DNA from: Candidatus Ozemobacteraceae bacterium
Lineage (GTDB): Bacteria > Muiribacteriota > Ozemobacteria > Ozemobacterales > Ozemobacteraceae
Reading direction: 5' to 3'
Length of the DNA: 64,000 nt
Assembly: GCA_965140445.1 (NCBI GenBank)
Contig: OZ223236.1
Coordinates: forward strand, 1 to 64,000
Position 1 is the stretch's first letter. Every line of letters begins with the position of its first letter. A program made the position numbers and the translations under genes. Positions 41,627 to 50,886 of the stretch are shown in pieces. Below the pieces are notes generated by a model. It had not been told where the DNA came from and ran no database searches. It worked only from the letters and a program-made list of their open reading frames with translations.

Positions 41627-43339
41627 CTAGCAGTATTCTAATTCAGCAGCCCTTTCCCTCCTGGCAATCTCCATTTCACCGGAAATTGGTTTTAGCCTGA
41701 AGTTACCAATCTGCTCCTTAAGTTCGTTCGCCTGACTAGACATAACTATTGTTGCTGAAGCCATTTGCTGGGCACTGGCAGAGTTTTGCTGAGTAATTCC
41801 ATCAATCTGTCCAACCCCTTTGCCAATTTGAGAAATAAATTGCGCCTGATCTTTTGATGATTCGGCGATTTCACCTATCAATCCCGCCATTTTTACAGCT
41901 GAATTATAGATCTCTTTCAATGACAAATTAGTTTTCCCTGCTATTTCAGTCCCAATATCCACCTTCCGCACAGAGTTCTCTATCATCTCAGCCGTTTCTT
42001 TTGCGGCCTTAGCACTCCTACCCGCAAGGTTTCTCACCTCATCGGCAACAACTGCAAACCCCTTTCCATGCCTACCAGCTCTAGCCGCTTCTACAGCCGC
42101 ATTTAGAGCCAAAAGATTGGTCTGAAAAGCAATATCATCAATAACCTTGATAATATTACCGATCTGCCGGCTAGAAGCCTGAATATCAGCCATTGCTGAA
42201 ACCATCTGCTCCATTTCCAAATTACCTTTTTCAGCCGCTTCTTTGGTTGCAGCAGCCAAAGTATTTGAAAGTTCTGCATTTTCAACGTTTGCCTTTGTCT
42301 GAGAGCCAACTTCAATCATAGAGCTTGAAATTTCTTCAAGAGCGGAAGCCGTACTGATAGCTCCATTTGATAGAGATTGACTTGCTCCAGAAATCTGACC
42401 GGCCCTATCTGCAACCTGCTCGGTTGTATCGTTTATTTGATGCATGATATTGTTCAGGCTTTCAACCATCTTAGCAAGGGCGCTTCCAAGCTTATCATGA
42501 TCTGAATCTAAACGAACCTCCTGATCCAAGACGCCTTCAGCAATAGTCTCAGCCAATACAGCTTTCTGATATTGAGATTTGGCCATGCTTCTGAAAACAT
42601 CCGCCAGAATTCCCATCTCATCAGTTGACTGAAATTCTATGTTTGCTTCAAAGTTTCCTTTTTCCATCTCACGAGCACCAGCTGTGATATCTCTAAGCGG
42701 TTTCATTATCTTCTTTTTAATAATAAAATGAACCAAAAGGAGACAGGAAAAAAGAACGATAAAAAACATAGCCACGTTCTTTTGAGTTCGCTTTAGCAAG
42801 AAAGAAGAAGTATTTTCAAGGCTACTTAAAAGTTCGCTAGAGGCGCTTTCTTCAACCTTTTTCAGTTTTTCAAGCAGATCTGATTTTTCGCCCGCCAATT
42901 GATTAGCAATTGCGAAAAGTTCGTTAGTAGATTCACCATCTGCCATCTTTGAATATACAGAAGAAGCTTTTGAGTCAAAGTTTTCAACGCTCCTGGCAAG
43001 TCTTTCCAATTGTTCCTGTTCAGCTGAATCTTCCTTAAATTGAGCCAACATTAACAAGCTCTTTGCGACCTTTTCACCAATTACAATTGCCTGAGACACC
43101 TTTTCAGTGTCTCCAAGCAAAACCGCATCATTGAACAATTTCATATGATCTTCAAAACCATATAAAACATCCTGGCTCAATTTAGAAGCTGGAAATCTTG
43201 CACTTGCAGTGCGTTTCATCTGCTTGAGAACAAATTGGCTAGCACCGTAAAAGGACACGGTAGAAATAACATATCCGGTAATAATAACGAATATACCTAT
43301 CCATATCTTTCCTACTATAGAATTTTTCCATATACCCAT
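41627..43339 (-). CDS. Methyl-accepting chemotaxis protein
   Basis: Two TMs around a helical sensor domain, HAMP, and IAFQTNLLALNAAVEAARAG..GKGFAVVADEVR. Confidence 0.96.
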   Translation of the reverse strand: MGIWKNSIVGKIWIGIFVIITGYVISTVSFYGASQFVLKQMKRTASARFPASKLSQDVLYGFEDHMKLFNDAVLLGDTEKVSQAIVIGEKVAKSLLMLAQFKEDSAEQEQLERLARSVENFDSKASSVYSKMADGESTNELFAIANQLAGEKSDLLEKLKKVEESASSELLSSLENTSSFLLKRTQKNVAMFFIVLFSCLLLVHFIIKKKIMKPLRDITAGAREMEKGNFEANIEFQSTDEMGILADVFRSMAKSQYQKAVLAETIAEGVLDQEVRLDSDHDKLGSALAKMVESLNNIMHQINDTTEQVADRAGQISGASQSLSNGAISTASALEEISSSMIEVGSQTKANVENAELSNTLAAATKEAAEKGNLEMEQMVSAMADIQASSRQIGNIIKVIDDIAFQTNLLALNAAVEAARAGRHGKGFAVVADEVRNLAGRSAKAAKETAEMIENSVRKVDIGTEIAGKTNLSLKEIYNSAVKMAGLIGEIAESSKDQAQFISQIGKGVGQIDGITQQNSASAQQMASATIVMSSQANELKEQIGNFRLKPISGEMEIARRERAAELEYC

Positions 43340-43373
43340 AAATACATCTCACAATCTAAAACGAGGAATACAA

Positions 43374-43808
43374 CTACTTAATAGTTACAACCTTCACAGA
43401 ATCATGTGGAGTGCTAACTTTTATATAGCCAATTGCTCCCTTATTCTCAGAAACGAATTTAACCAGATCTTCTTCTGAATCAAAAGACTTGGGCGGCAAG
43501 CCCTGGCCTGTAAAAATAGCTTGTTTCCAAAAAGTCGAGAACTGAGAAGGACTTTTCTTTACGTAGCTTTTAAGGAATGATTCGTGAGCTTCACCGGACT
43601 TCAAGGTTGTAACAGTTAACTTTTCATCACTTGCTATTTTTTTCTTTTTACCAAGAAATGCCTTTTTAAGGTCACCTGACGAAACTTCATTTATAGAGCT
43701 ATCTTTGTGAACAATAACTACAACGTCTTCAGCAAAAAGCTTGCAATTCGTAAAATTAAAGAGCAAAACAACCGCAAAAATCATTAAAAACATTGATTTC
43801 TTTATCAT
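43374..43808 (-). CDS. Small exported PBP-like (PstS-related) binding protein
   Basis: Signal peptide; VVIVH, LKKAFLGK, FW...IFTG...PP, V..NKGAIGY. The start was moved to ATG 43808, which follows a GAAAGGA RBS. Confidence 0.8.
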   Translation of the reverse strand: MIKKSMFLMIFAVVLLFNFTNCKLFAEDVVVIVHKDSSINEVSSGDLKKAFLGKKKKIASDEKLTVTTLKSGEAHESFLKSYVKKSPSQFSTFWKQAIFTGQGLPPKSFDSEEDLVKFVSENKGAIGYIKVSTPHDSVKVVTIK

Positions 43809-43829
43809 AATAAATTCCTTTCTCAAAGA

Positions 43830-45158
43830 CTAGAAATTATAGGTTGCTTTGATAGCAAACAAATTCCAGTTTTTCTTATAATTCCCTTTTGGGTTTAAAG
43901 TCGTAGAAACAAGAGCAGTACCATTCATCCAATGGTTTTCAATCTTGATGCTCCAGTTAGGATTAATATTATGCTTGTAAGAAAGACAAGTATCTTTCTG
44001 ATATGCAGTCCAGGCTGGATTTCCTGCAGCGACAGCATTTTTTCCGTCTTTATCGCTTCTATCAAAGAAATATCTTCCATGATATGCAGACCAGGCCTGC
44101 TTATCGTTGTATCGATAAATAACTTGCAGGTAATCTCCCTGTGTTGTTTGAGTGTTATATCCTTTCATCAAGGGCGATCCTGGAACGTTTGCCTGAGCGC
44201 CAGTACTAAGCTTTCCATTGGCCGCCATAAATTCACCTGCGAAAGTAAATCTTTTATGGTTATATTCGAAAGAACCCACGTCAACACTTTTAAATCTGTA
44301 TCCAGCGGTGATTGTGCTTGTAAAACCAGCTGAGATAATAGTATTTGTGCTTGGATTAATCAAAGGTTGGAAAAGTAAATCTTCTTTCATTTTGGCTGCA
44401 GTCTCAAAACGGCTTGCTGCAAACCTTAAACCTTCTACAGGAGTATTCCAAATTAGAGTTCCGGCAAACGCCTTCTTGGAGTCTGAACTTCTTGAAGGTT
44501 CGACTGCATGTTGGTATTTAAGTCCAGCAGCTTGCAAAGCAGCAGGCAATCTTGAGGTTAAGCCAGCTTCGTATCGGCCATGAACCCTAGCAAGAACATC
44601 TTTAGCAAAGTTTGAATCAGCGTCAAAATCTGATCCACCATAACAGAATTCAAAATCAAGGCTTCCCTTGCCCGCCTGAACAGTTCCATAGATAGATCCA
44701 CCGTTAATTGCCGTTACGAACTGTCTGAAGTTCTCCATGTATATAGTCCCAGGTAGAAGAACAGTGGTTCTCAACATATCAATATCACGGTATTTATTGT
44801 AAAGTCCAAAAGGAGCCTTAACGCGGCCAAGGCGGACACCAAAGTTGTCATTAATTCTGTAATCACCATATGCCCAATCAATTTTAACTTTATTGTTGCC
44901 TTCTGGGCCCAGGTCAGTAGAGATAAGCTGCATTCCAAGATGCAGTTTGTCATCCATCTGTTTCTGAATGTTAACAATAAATTCGTTGAACTCGAAAGTT
45001 CCATCATTGGTATTGGCTAAATGATTGTTGCTGCTTGATTTCAGGAACCCCTGACTCACAAGACCATGAATGGCAACATCATCACTGGCAAAAGCCGCAG
45101 ACGCACAAAAAAGTGCAGCAGATAAGAAAACGCATAACAAACCAAATTTCATTCTCAT
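43830..45158 (-). CDS. Outer-membrane porin-like protein
   Basis: Signal peptide (AFA-S); IHG.VSQG, IDWAY.DY, R.GRVK.PFGLYN; C-terminal ATYNF. The start was moved to ATG 45158, which follows an AGGAG RBS. Confidence 0.8.
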   Translation of the reverse strand: MRMKFGLLCVFLSAALFCASAAFASDDVAIHGLVSQGFLKSSSNNHLANTNDGTFEFNEFIVNIQKQMDDKLHLGMQLISTDLGPEGNNKVKIDWAYGDYRINDNFGVRLGRVKAPFGLYNKYRDIDMLRTTVLLPGTIYMENFRQFVTAINGGSIYGTVQAGKGSLDFEFCYGGSDFDADSNFAKDVLARVHGRYEAGLTSRLPAALQAAGLKYQHAVEPSRSSDSKKAFAGTLIWNTPVEGLRFAASRFETAAKMKEDLLFQPLINPSTNTIISAGFTSTITAGYRFKSVDVGSFEYNHKRFTFAGEFMAANGKLSTGAQANVPGSPLMKGYNTQTTQGDYLQVIYRYNDKQAWSAYHGRYFFDRSDKDGKNAVAAGNPAWTAYQKDTCLSYKHNINPNWSIKIENHWMNGTALVSTTLNPKGNYKKNWNLFAIKATYNF

Positions 45159-45493
45159 TGGAATTCTCCTAAAAAATTTACAGGACAATCCCTCCCAAGT
45201 CTCTCCGTAATGAAGACGCAAAAATGCATTAGCTGTGTCGACCCAGCGCACAACATCCCAGTTTCTTCAATAATTACCAATGTGGCCTATCTATTTTTTT
45301 TTGCCACTTTTCCTTCCGAAAAATCTTCTAAAATTATGTTTATATGCAACTCATTTTTTTCGGAATAATCTCGCCGAATAACGTTTATATCACCGTTCCT
45401 TGTTTTTATCAATAACTTTTTTGTACATTTTACAATATTGTTCTGCTTTTCAATTTTGGCAAAAACTTCAAAAGTAACCCTGCCAATTTTGTC

Positions 45494-45532
45494 AAAAAAA
45501 AAAAGGCTTACCCAAACACTATGGATAAGCCT
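45494..45532 (-). terminator. Rho-independent terminator
   Basis: AGGCTTATCCA, loop, TGGGTAAGCC, then a long T-run on the - strand, just after the stop at 45549. Confidence 0.9.
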
Positions 45533-45548
45533 CTTTCAGTAATATTTA

Positions 45549-47987
45549 TCAGTAGCCCTGTCTTCTTAGATAATCATTAACCTGCTGGTTAACGTAAGTA
45601 TCACTATTTTGCCTGGTCCCAAGAGCCTGTCCAATAGGGTCATAGCTATAAACCGACCCAGGAACACTGCTTGTAACAGTGCTCTTGAACTGATTCTGAA
45701 CCTGAGAAATGGTTTTAGCAGGAAGCTCAGCTTTCAAAAAATCTAGAATTTTCCAAAAACTGGGAGCATCGCCTTCACTATACTTTGCCCTTTCAAGACC
45801 AGCCGCAAGAATTTCTGCCTTTGTTAGGCTGGCCCAGGATCCGCCAAACTTTTCAAGAGTTTGTCCATTTGCTTCATCAATGATGCTTTTCAAGCCTTTT
45901 TCAATTTGTGCATCAGACATTCCATCAGCTCTTTGCTGATTCATTCGCATATTAATAAATTCATTTCTGAATGCTGAAGGTTTTACCATATCCGCAGAGT
46001 TATAAGCTTGCCTTACTGCTCTATCAATTTCGGATTGAGTTAATTTTGCAGGGTCCTTGCTAATAATCTTAGACCACCAGAAACCACCTTTTCCCGTTAA
46101 ATCTTTTGTAATGATTTCTTTGCCATCCTCAGTCCGCACTACAATTCTTTTAACCCCATCATCTCCGGTTTCAACTTTCCCGGATAGTTTTTCGTCTTTT
46201 CTATCAACTTTGCCTTCCATTTGAGCCAATTTAGTAGCGTTATTCCTTGCAGCTTCGTAATATTCTTTTCTAATTTCAGCTTCAGCATGAGCTTTCAAAT
46301 CAGCATCATTCATATCCTTAAATTCAGGATCGTCTTTCATTTGCTTCAGCTTAAAATTTAGATATGAATCCTGCCCAAGAGACTTAGCAAGCTCAGCCTG
46401 TCGTGCAAACTCAATATCTTTTTCAACTTTAACCTTAATATCTTTCAAAACATCCTGATTTTCTGAAGCTTTCTGAGCAGCCGAAGCTTCTACTTTTGCG
46501 ACCTGATATTCTTTGCTAAGAGAAGAATATTCAGACTTATACACTCTTAAGGCCCTGCTATATTCCGAATAAGACCCAAACTCACTTCTTACAGGCTTAT
46601 GAGCTTTCAATACTTCTAGATCCTGGCGTATTGAATTGGCCTTTTGCCACTTCGCATCCTGCTTTTCATACTCTTCCTGTATCTTCTGCTTTTTCTGCGA
46701 AGGCAAATCAAAAAGTCTATTTTGAATCAGCGCTGTTCCCACAACAGCAGTTTGCATGGCTGCATTTGAAATCAAAGCTTTTTTACCAGCTTCTGCTAGA
46801 GAAGTATTCTTATATGTTTCCTGCAAGTTCGCAATTTTGTCTTCATAATACTGCCATGCTGGACTCCCAACATCATATTTCTGCTGTAACAACGAATTGT
46901 ATTTTATTTCATCAAGAAGCTCTTTCTTGGTTACATTGGCAACCGCTGCCCCGGAAGCAAAAGCAAAAGGATTACTAACAACAGCATTGGCAATTAAATT
47001 AGCTTTATCAGTTGAACCAAACAATTTGCTGGAAGCTATTTTTGCCCAGTCGGTAGTTCCAGCCATTTTAGACGCAGCACCGCCCAGAATTCCATTAATT
47101 CCGGCATAAATTGCCGCATTTTTTTCATCTTTTCTAAAGTTTGCCCAGGTATATTTTTCTTTGGTAATTGTATCTAGCTCTTTTAAAGCAGAAACCAGAT
47201 CTTCTTCCATTTGTGGTGATCTATTTTTAATTGCGGACAAAGTTGCAATTCTATTTTTGAGATTCTTTTCCTTCTCGTCATAGTTGTAGTAGTGATCATA
47301 CCAGAGATTTATCACTCCGCCCTTAGCCACGTTTGCAACTGTTTTTCCCGCAAAGCTAACAACACCTGCTTTTGCCGCAGTTCTTACAATAGATTTCACG
47401 GTTACAGGTCCGATGGCCTGAGCTATACCCGCTGTGGCCATACTAAATGGCGCCATAGCACCATTGACGGCTGCAGCAATAGTCACGTCTCTCCAAATCT
47501 TACTCATTTCCTTCTTTTGATCAGGATCTCGAAATGAATTGACTCTGTTTTCATAAGCAAAAGTTGTTATTCCCGCAGTTGCGGCCCCAATAAGGATAGA
47601 ACCGGCAACAATCCAGCCAATAGGTAAAACAACAGCAGCTGAAAAAGCCATTACTGCTAAAGTTGGTAAAAGTGCTTTGCCAATAGTCCAGGCCATTTGT
47701 TCAAAACGACTCATTTCCCTCTTTTTAACTTCGTCGTTTTCAGAGCTTTTACTTTCAACTGCGGTATTCTGAGAAGTTGCTGAGTCACTTGAAGACAAAG
47801 CAACTGAAGGCACATCTGCATCAATGTTGACTTTCTGTTCAGTGAAAGGAACAGAAGCTGCTGGTTCAGCGTAAACCCTTACGGCATCACCGATGCCTGG
47901 GGATATACCCAAAACTCCAAGAATCAATATTAGACTTAGAATGTTAAATTTAATTTTTTTCATGCTGTGTCTTCTTACAAAAAACAT
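45549..47987 (-). CDS. Large hypothetical exported/membrane protein with Gly/Ala-rich hydrophobic helices and coiled coils
   Basis: 812-aa ORF with GGAGG RBS, signal-like N-terminus and its own terminator. No family recognised. Confidence 0.8.
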   Translation of the reverse strand: MFFVRRHSMKKIKFNILSLILILGVLGISPGIGDAVRVYAEPAASVPFTEQKVNIDADVPSVALSSSDSATSQNTAVESKSSENDEVKKREMSRFEQMAWTIGKALLPTLAVMAFSAAVVLPIGWIVAGSILIGAATAGITTFAYENRVNSFRDPDQKKEMSKIWRDVTIAAAVNGAMAPFSMATAGIAQAIGPVTVKSIVRTAAKAGVVSFAGKTVANVAKGGVINLWYDHYYNYDEKEKNLKNRIATLSAIKNRSPQMEEDLVSALKELDTITKEKYTWANFRKDEKNAAIYAGINGILGGAASKMAGTTDWAKIASSKLFGSTDKANLIANAVVSNPFAFASGAAVANVTKKELLDEIKYNSLLQQKYDVGSPAWQYYEDKIANLQETYKNTSLAEAGKKALISNAAMQTAVVGTALIQNRLFDLPSQKKQKIQEEYEKQDAKWQKANSIRQDLEVLKAHKPVRSEFGSYSEYSRALRVYKSEYSSLSKEYQVAKVEASAAQKASENQDVLKDIKVKVEKDIEFARQAELAKSLGQDSYLNFKLKQMKDDPEFKDMNDADLKAHAEAEIRKEYYEAARNNATKLAQMEGKVDRKDEKLSGKVETGDDGVKRIVVRTEDGKEIITKDLTGKGGFWWSKIISKDPAKLTQSEIDRAVRQAYNSADMVKPSAFRNEFINMRMNQQRADGMSDAQIEKGLKSIIDEANGQTLEKFGGSWASLTKAEILAAGLERAKYSEGDAPSFWKILDFLKAELPAKTISQVQNQFKSTVTSSVPGSVYSYDPIGQALGTRQNSDTYVNQQVNDYLRRQGY

Positions 47988-48057
47988 TCCTACCTCCGAA
48001 TACCGGTTTTAATTGCTTCAGTATACTATACGTATCTAACGAAAAAAAGTTTTGCAT

Positions 48058-48085
48058 TTGCAGATAAATAATAAAAAACTATAAT
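48058..48085 (+). promoter_or_regulatory. Putative sigma70 promoter of the cyclase cluster
   Basis: TTGCAG (48058-63), 16-nt spacer, TATAAT (48080-85). Confidence 0.5.
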
Positions 48086-48093
48086 TACAAAAC

Positions 48094-50886
48094 ATGGAGA
48101 TGAACTCACCCAAAAAATATCCACAATTAAGAAAAAGCTGGTTACAATTTTTTCTTATTCTTTCTGTAACTTTTATCCCATTTTTTTTAATTTATAACTT
48201 TCTGGGAATCTTTAAGCTTGAATCTATCGAATATAGAAATAAGAAGCTATTAAACAAAGCGAAATTAGAAGCAGGGTTCATACAAAGCAACTTAAATCAG
48301 AAACATGTAATTTCTAAAGCTCTGAAAGAATATTCGCAAAAAATTAATTTTTTTCTGAAAAGAAGAAATTTGAATTCCAATTTGGCTTCAAAGATTCAAC
48401 GCAAGTTCTTAAACCAATTTCCCAAGTCTTCTCAAGTCATTTGGTTTAATGAGAAATTAAACCAAATTATCGCCTCTCCTGACAAAAGTCCTCCAGCAAT
48501 AAGAGCCTGGCAAGCTTTATTAAGAATCGTCCTTGATCGACCAGAAGCGTCAAAAATAGATGAGAAAATTGCAAATTCACTTGTTAAAACTAATGTAAGC
48601 GGGCTCCTGTCTTCTGATTTTATGGTCAGAGCATTAGCTGAGCCACTTGAAATAATTTACGAAAAAGAAAGAATATACCTTTCCATATTAGAAATTGGGA
48701 ATAACTCTTCCAAGTCTCATGGATACGCAATCTTACTCATTCCTTCAGATAGAGCAAAAAAGGACTGGCATATAAAAAGAGCTCTAAGAGTGGCAAAAAA
48801 ACAAGGAATTATTGCTGGGGCCTTTCATGTAAATACAAGCTTATCTGACGATCAATCAAGCATTTCAGAGAACCTTATGCATGGGTTATACAAACATCAT
48901 ATAGCTGGCCAGAAATACATTTTTATTTCAAATGCACTTTATTACACGACCTTCTTTAACGAAGACCCTGAATTATTTGTCGCCATAAAAACATCACTAA
49001 AAGACCAAAATTCACTTTTAGCCCCACAATCAATTGAAAATGCTAGAAAACTCTTATTCCCAGCCTTTTTTCTAATGGCAATTTCTTTGTTTTTTTTAAG
49101 AAAAAAAGCTTATCAATTTTCATTGAGAGCAAAGCTATCCATAGTTTCTGCTTCGGTAGTTTGCATCCCTTTATCTGCAATAATAATTCTTGGGATAATC
49201 CAAAGTGCGCAAATTGAGCTGGAAAATGAGCGAACCCTTCTTAGAAGACATGAGGCTAAAATAACTCAAATTGAGAAATTCGTTTCGGATGAATTTTTAA
49301 AACTCGAAAATCAGATAAACAAAGACTTCTTTGAAAAACCAGAAAGTTTCTCCAGCCAGACTCAAGTTGTTGATAAGCTTTTTTCTACCCTTAAGAACAA
49401 AGGGTGCATAATAGCGACTTTATTTAAAAAAAATGGAGAAGTAGTTTGCCACAGCGACTTTAACATGGGAATGGCAAAAGAGAGAACCTCATATTTTCTT
49501 GCCTTCTTTGAGAAGCGAATGAAAAAAAATGGCTTTGACATAAAAAAAATCAAAGAAACAACCAAACTTCCAGTTCCATTTAGACTCAAAAGATTTAAAT
49601 ACTTGCCAACCTTTCAACATGATCTGGAAGGGAAAATGATAAATTTTGAAATAAGTGGTGTAAAAACCCATATCTTCACCAATTTCATAAAAAATAAATC
49701 GGAAGAAGTAATCGGATACGTTTGCGTTGAAATAGACCGAAACAGGCTGGTATCAAGTTTTCTTGAAAGTGCGATAAAGAACCAGTCAAAGGCAAATGAG
49801 AGATTTTTTCTTAAGTCGACTTTTTTTAAAGGTGTAAATTTCCTTCCAGCAAATAATCAAATACAGCAAATGCTTGACCTGATAAATATTTCAGGAAATA
49901 GATTTTCACAAAGGATCAATCACAAAGGAACCAAATACGGGGTTTATGGCCGACCATTAAGAGGAATGCAAACCGGGATTGTCTCGGTATTAAAAGAAAC
50001 AAAAACTGGTTTTTTTCAACTGTTTGATTTTAGAAATTTCATAATACTTCTTATAGCTATGGCAATTGCCAACTCATTCATAGTCTTTAATTTACTCCAA
50101 AATTATTTTTTGAAACCAATTTCCCAACTTTATATTGCCGTTAAAGAAATCTCTCTTGGGGCTTTTGAGAAAAATAAACCATTAACCGTCAATGGAGATG
50201 AGCTTGGAGAGCTTTGCCAGGATTTTACAGATATGGCAAAAAAACTTAAAGAAAAACAAAGCATGCAAAGCTATCTCCACACCAACCTTGTAACAGAAGT
50301 TTCAACAACCCCCGAAGCATCGGTTTCCAAAAAAAATGTAACGATTCTGTTTGCAGGGATTAGAAATTTTTCAGCGATTGAAAAAGCTCTTTCACCAGAA
50401 AGGTCGGTGGAAATAATGAATATCTTTCTTGAAACATGTGAGACATCTGTAAAAAACTTTGGTGGAGAGATAGATAAATATATCGGTGACACCGCAATGG
50501 CTGTTTTTTTTCATGAAATGCCAACAGAAAGCTCAGAAGCTGCCATAAAGTCCGCACAATTAATTTCAATAAAAATTTCAGAAAACAAAGAATTGAAATC
50601 CTTAGCAGAATTTTCTTTTGGAATAGGTATCTCTAATGGAGAAGTAATTTCTGGTCATATAGGCTCTCTCAACAAAAGATTAGACTATACAATTATCGGT
50701 GATCCTGTAAACATTGCAGCTCGTCTGGAAAAGCTTTCGGGAAAATCCCCTGACAATTTTTCGATTCTGGTCTCAGAATCCGTATATGCAAACACAAAAA
50801 AACACTTCGAATTTACTCGGCTACCAGAAATAAAATTAAAAGGGAAAAACAAAAACTTAAACCTTTTTGAAGTAAAAAATGGTTAA
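48094..50886 (+). CDS. 4-TM HAMP class III nucleotidyl cyclase, type A (first metal Asp replaced by Gly)
   Basis: HAMP (KPISQL...DELGEL); LFAGIRNF, IDKYIGD, DYTIIGDPVNIAARLE, LKGK. Confidence 0.9.
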   Translation: MEMNSPKKYPQLRKSWLQFFLILSVTFIPFFLIYNFLGIFKLESIEYRNKKLLNKAKLEAGFIQSNLNQKHVISKALKEYSQKINFFLKRRNLNSNLASKIQRKFLNQFPKSSQVIWFNEKLNQIIASPDKSPPAIRAWQALLRIVLDRPEASKIDEKIANSLVKTNVSGLLSSDFMVRALAEPLEIIYEKERIYLSILEIGNNSSKSHGYAILLIPSDRAKKDWHIKRALRVAKKQGIIAGAFHVNTSLSDDQSSISENLMHGLYKHHIAGQKYIFISNALYYTTFFNEDPELFVAIKTSLKDQNSLLAPQSIENARKLLFPAFFLMAISLFFLRKKAYQFSLRAKLSIVSASVVCIPLSAIIILGIIQSAQIELENERTLLRRHEAKITQIEKFVSDEFLKLENQINKDFFEKPESFSSQTQVVDKLFSTLKNKGCIIATLFKKNGEVVCHSDFNMGMAKERTSYFLAFFEKRMKKNGFDIKKIKETTKLPVPFRLKRFKYLPTFQHDLEGKMINFEISGVKTHIFTNFIKNKSEEVIGYVCVEIDRNRLVSSFLESAIKNQSKANERFFLKSTFFKGVNFLPANNQIQQMLDLINISGNRFSQRINHKGTKYGVYGRPLRGMQTGIVSVLKETKTGFFQLFDFRNFIILLIAMAIANSFIVFNLLQNYFLKPISQLYIAVKEISLGAFEKNKPLTVNGDELGELCQDFTDMAKKLKEKQSMQSYLHTNLVTEVSTTPEASVSKKNVTILFAGIRNFSAIEKALSPERSVEIMNIFLETCETSVKNFGGEIDKYIGDTAMAVFFHEMPTESSEAAIKSAQLISIKISENKELKSLAEFSFGIGISNGEVISGHIGSLNKRLDYTIIGDPVNIAARLEKLSGKSPDNFSILVSESVYANTKKHFEFTRLPEIKLKGKNKNLNLFEVKNG

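Noticed and set aside
45159..45251. Extended porin N-terminus from GTG 45251 in the ORF track
   Set aside because: The RBS and signal peptide fit ATG 45158.
45165..45300. Known riboswitch (c-di-GMP-I/II, cobalamin, TPP, SAM)
   Set aside because: I could not find the consensus elements by eye. It is reported only as an unassigned structured leader.
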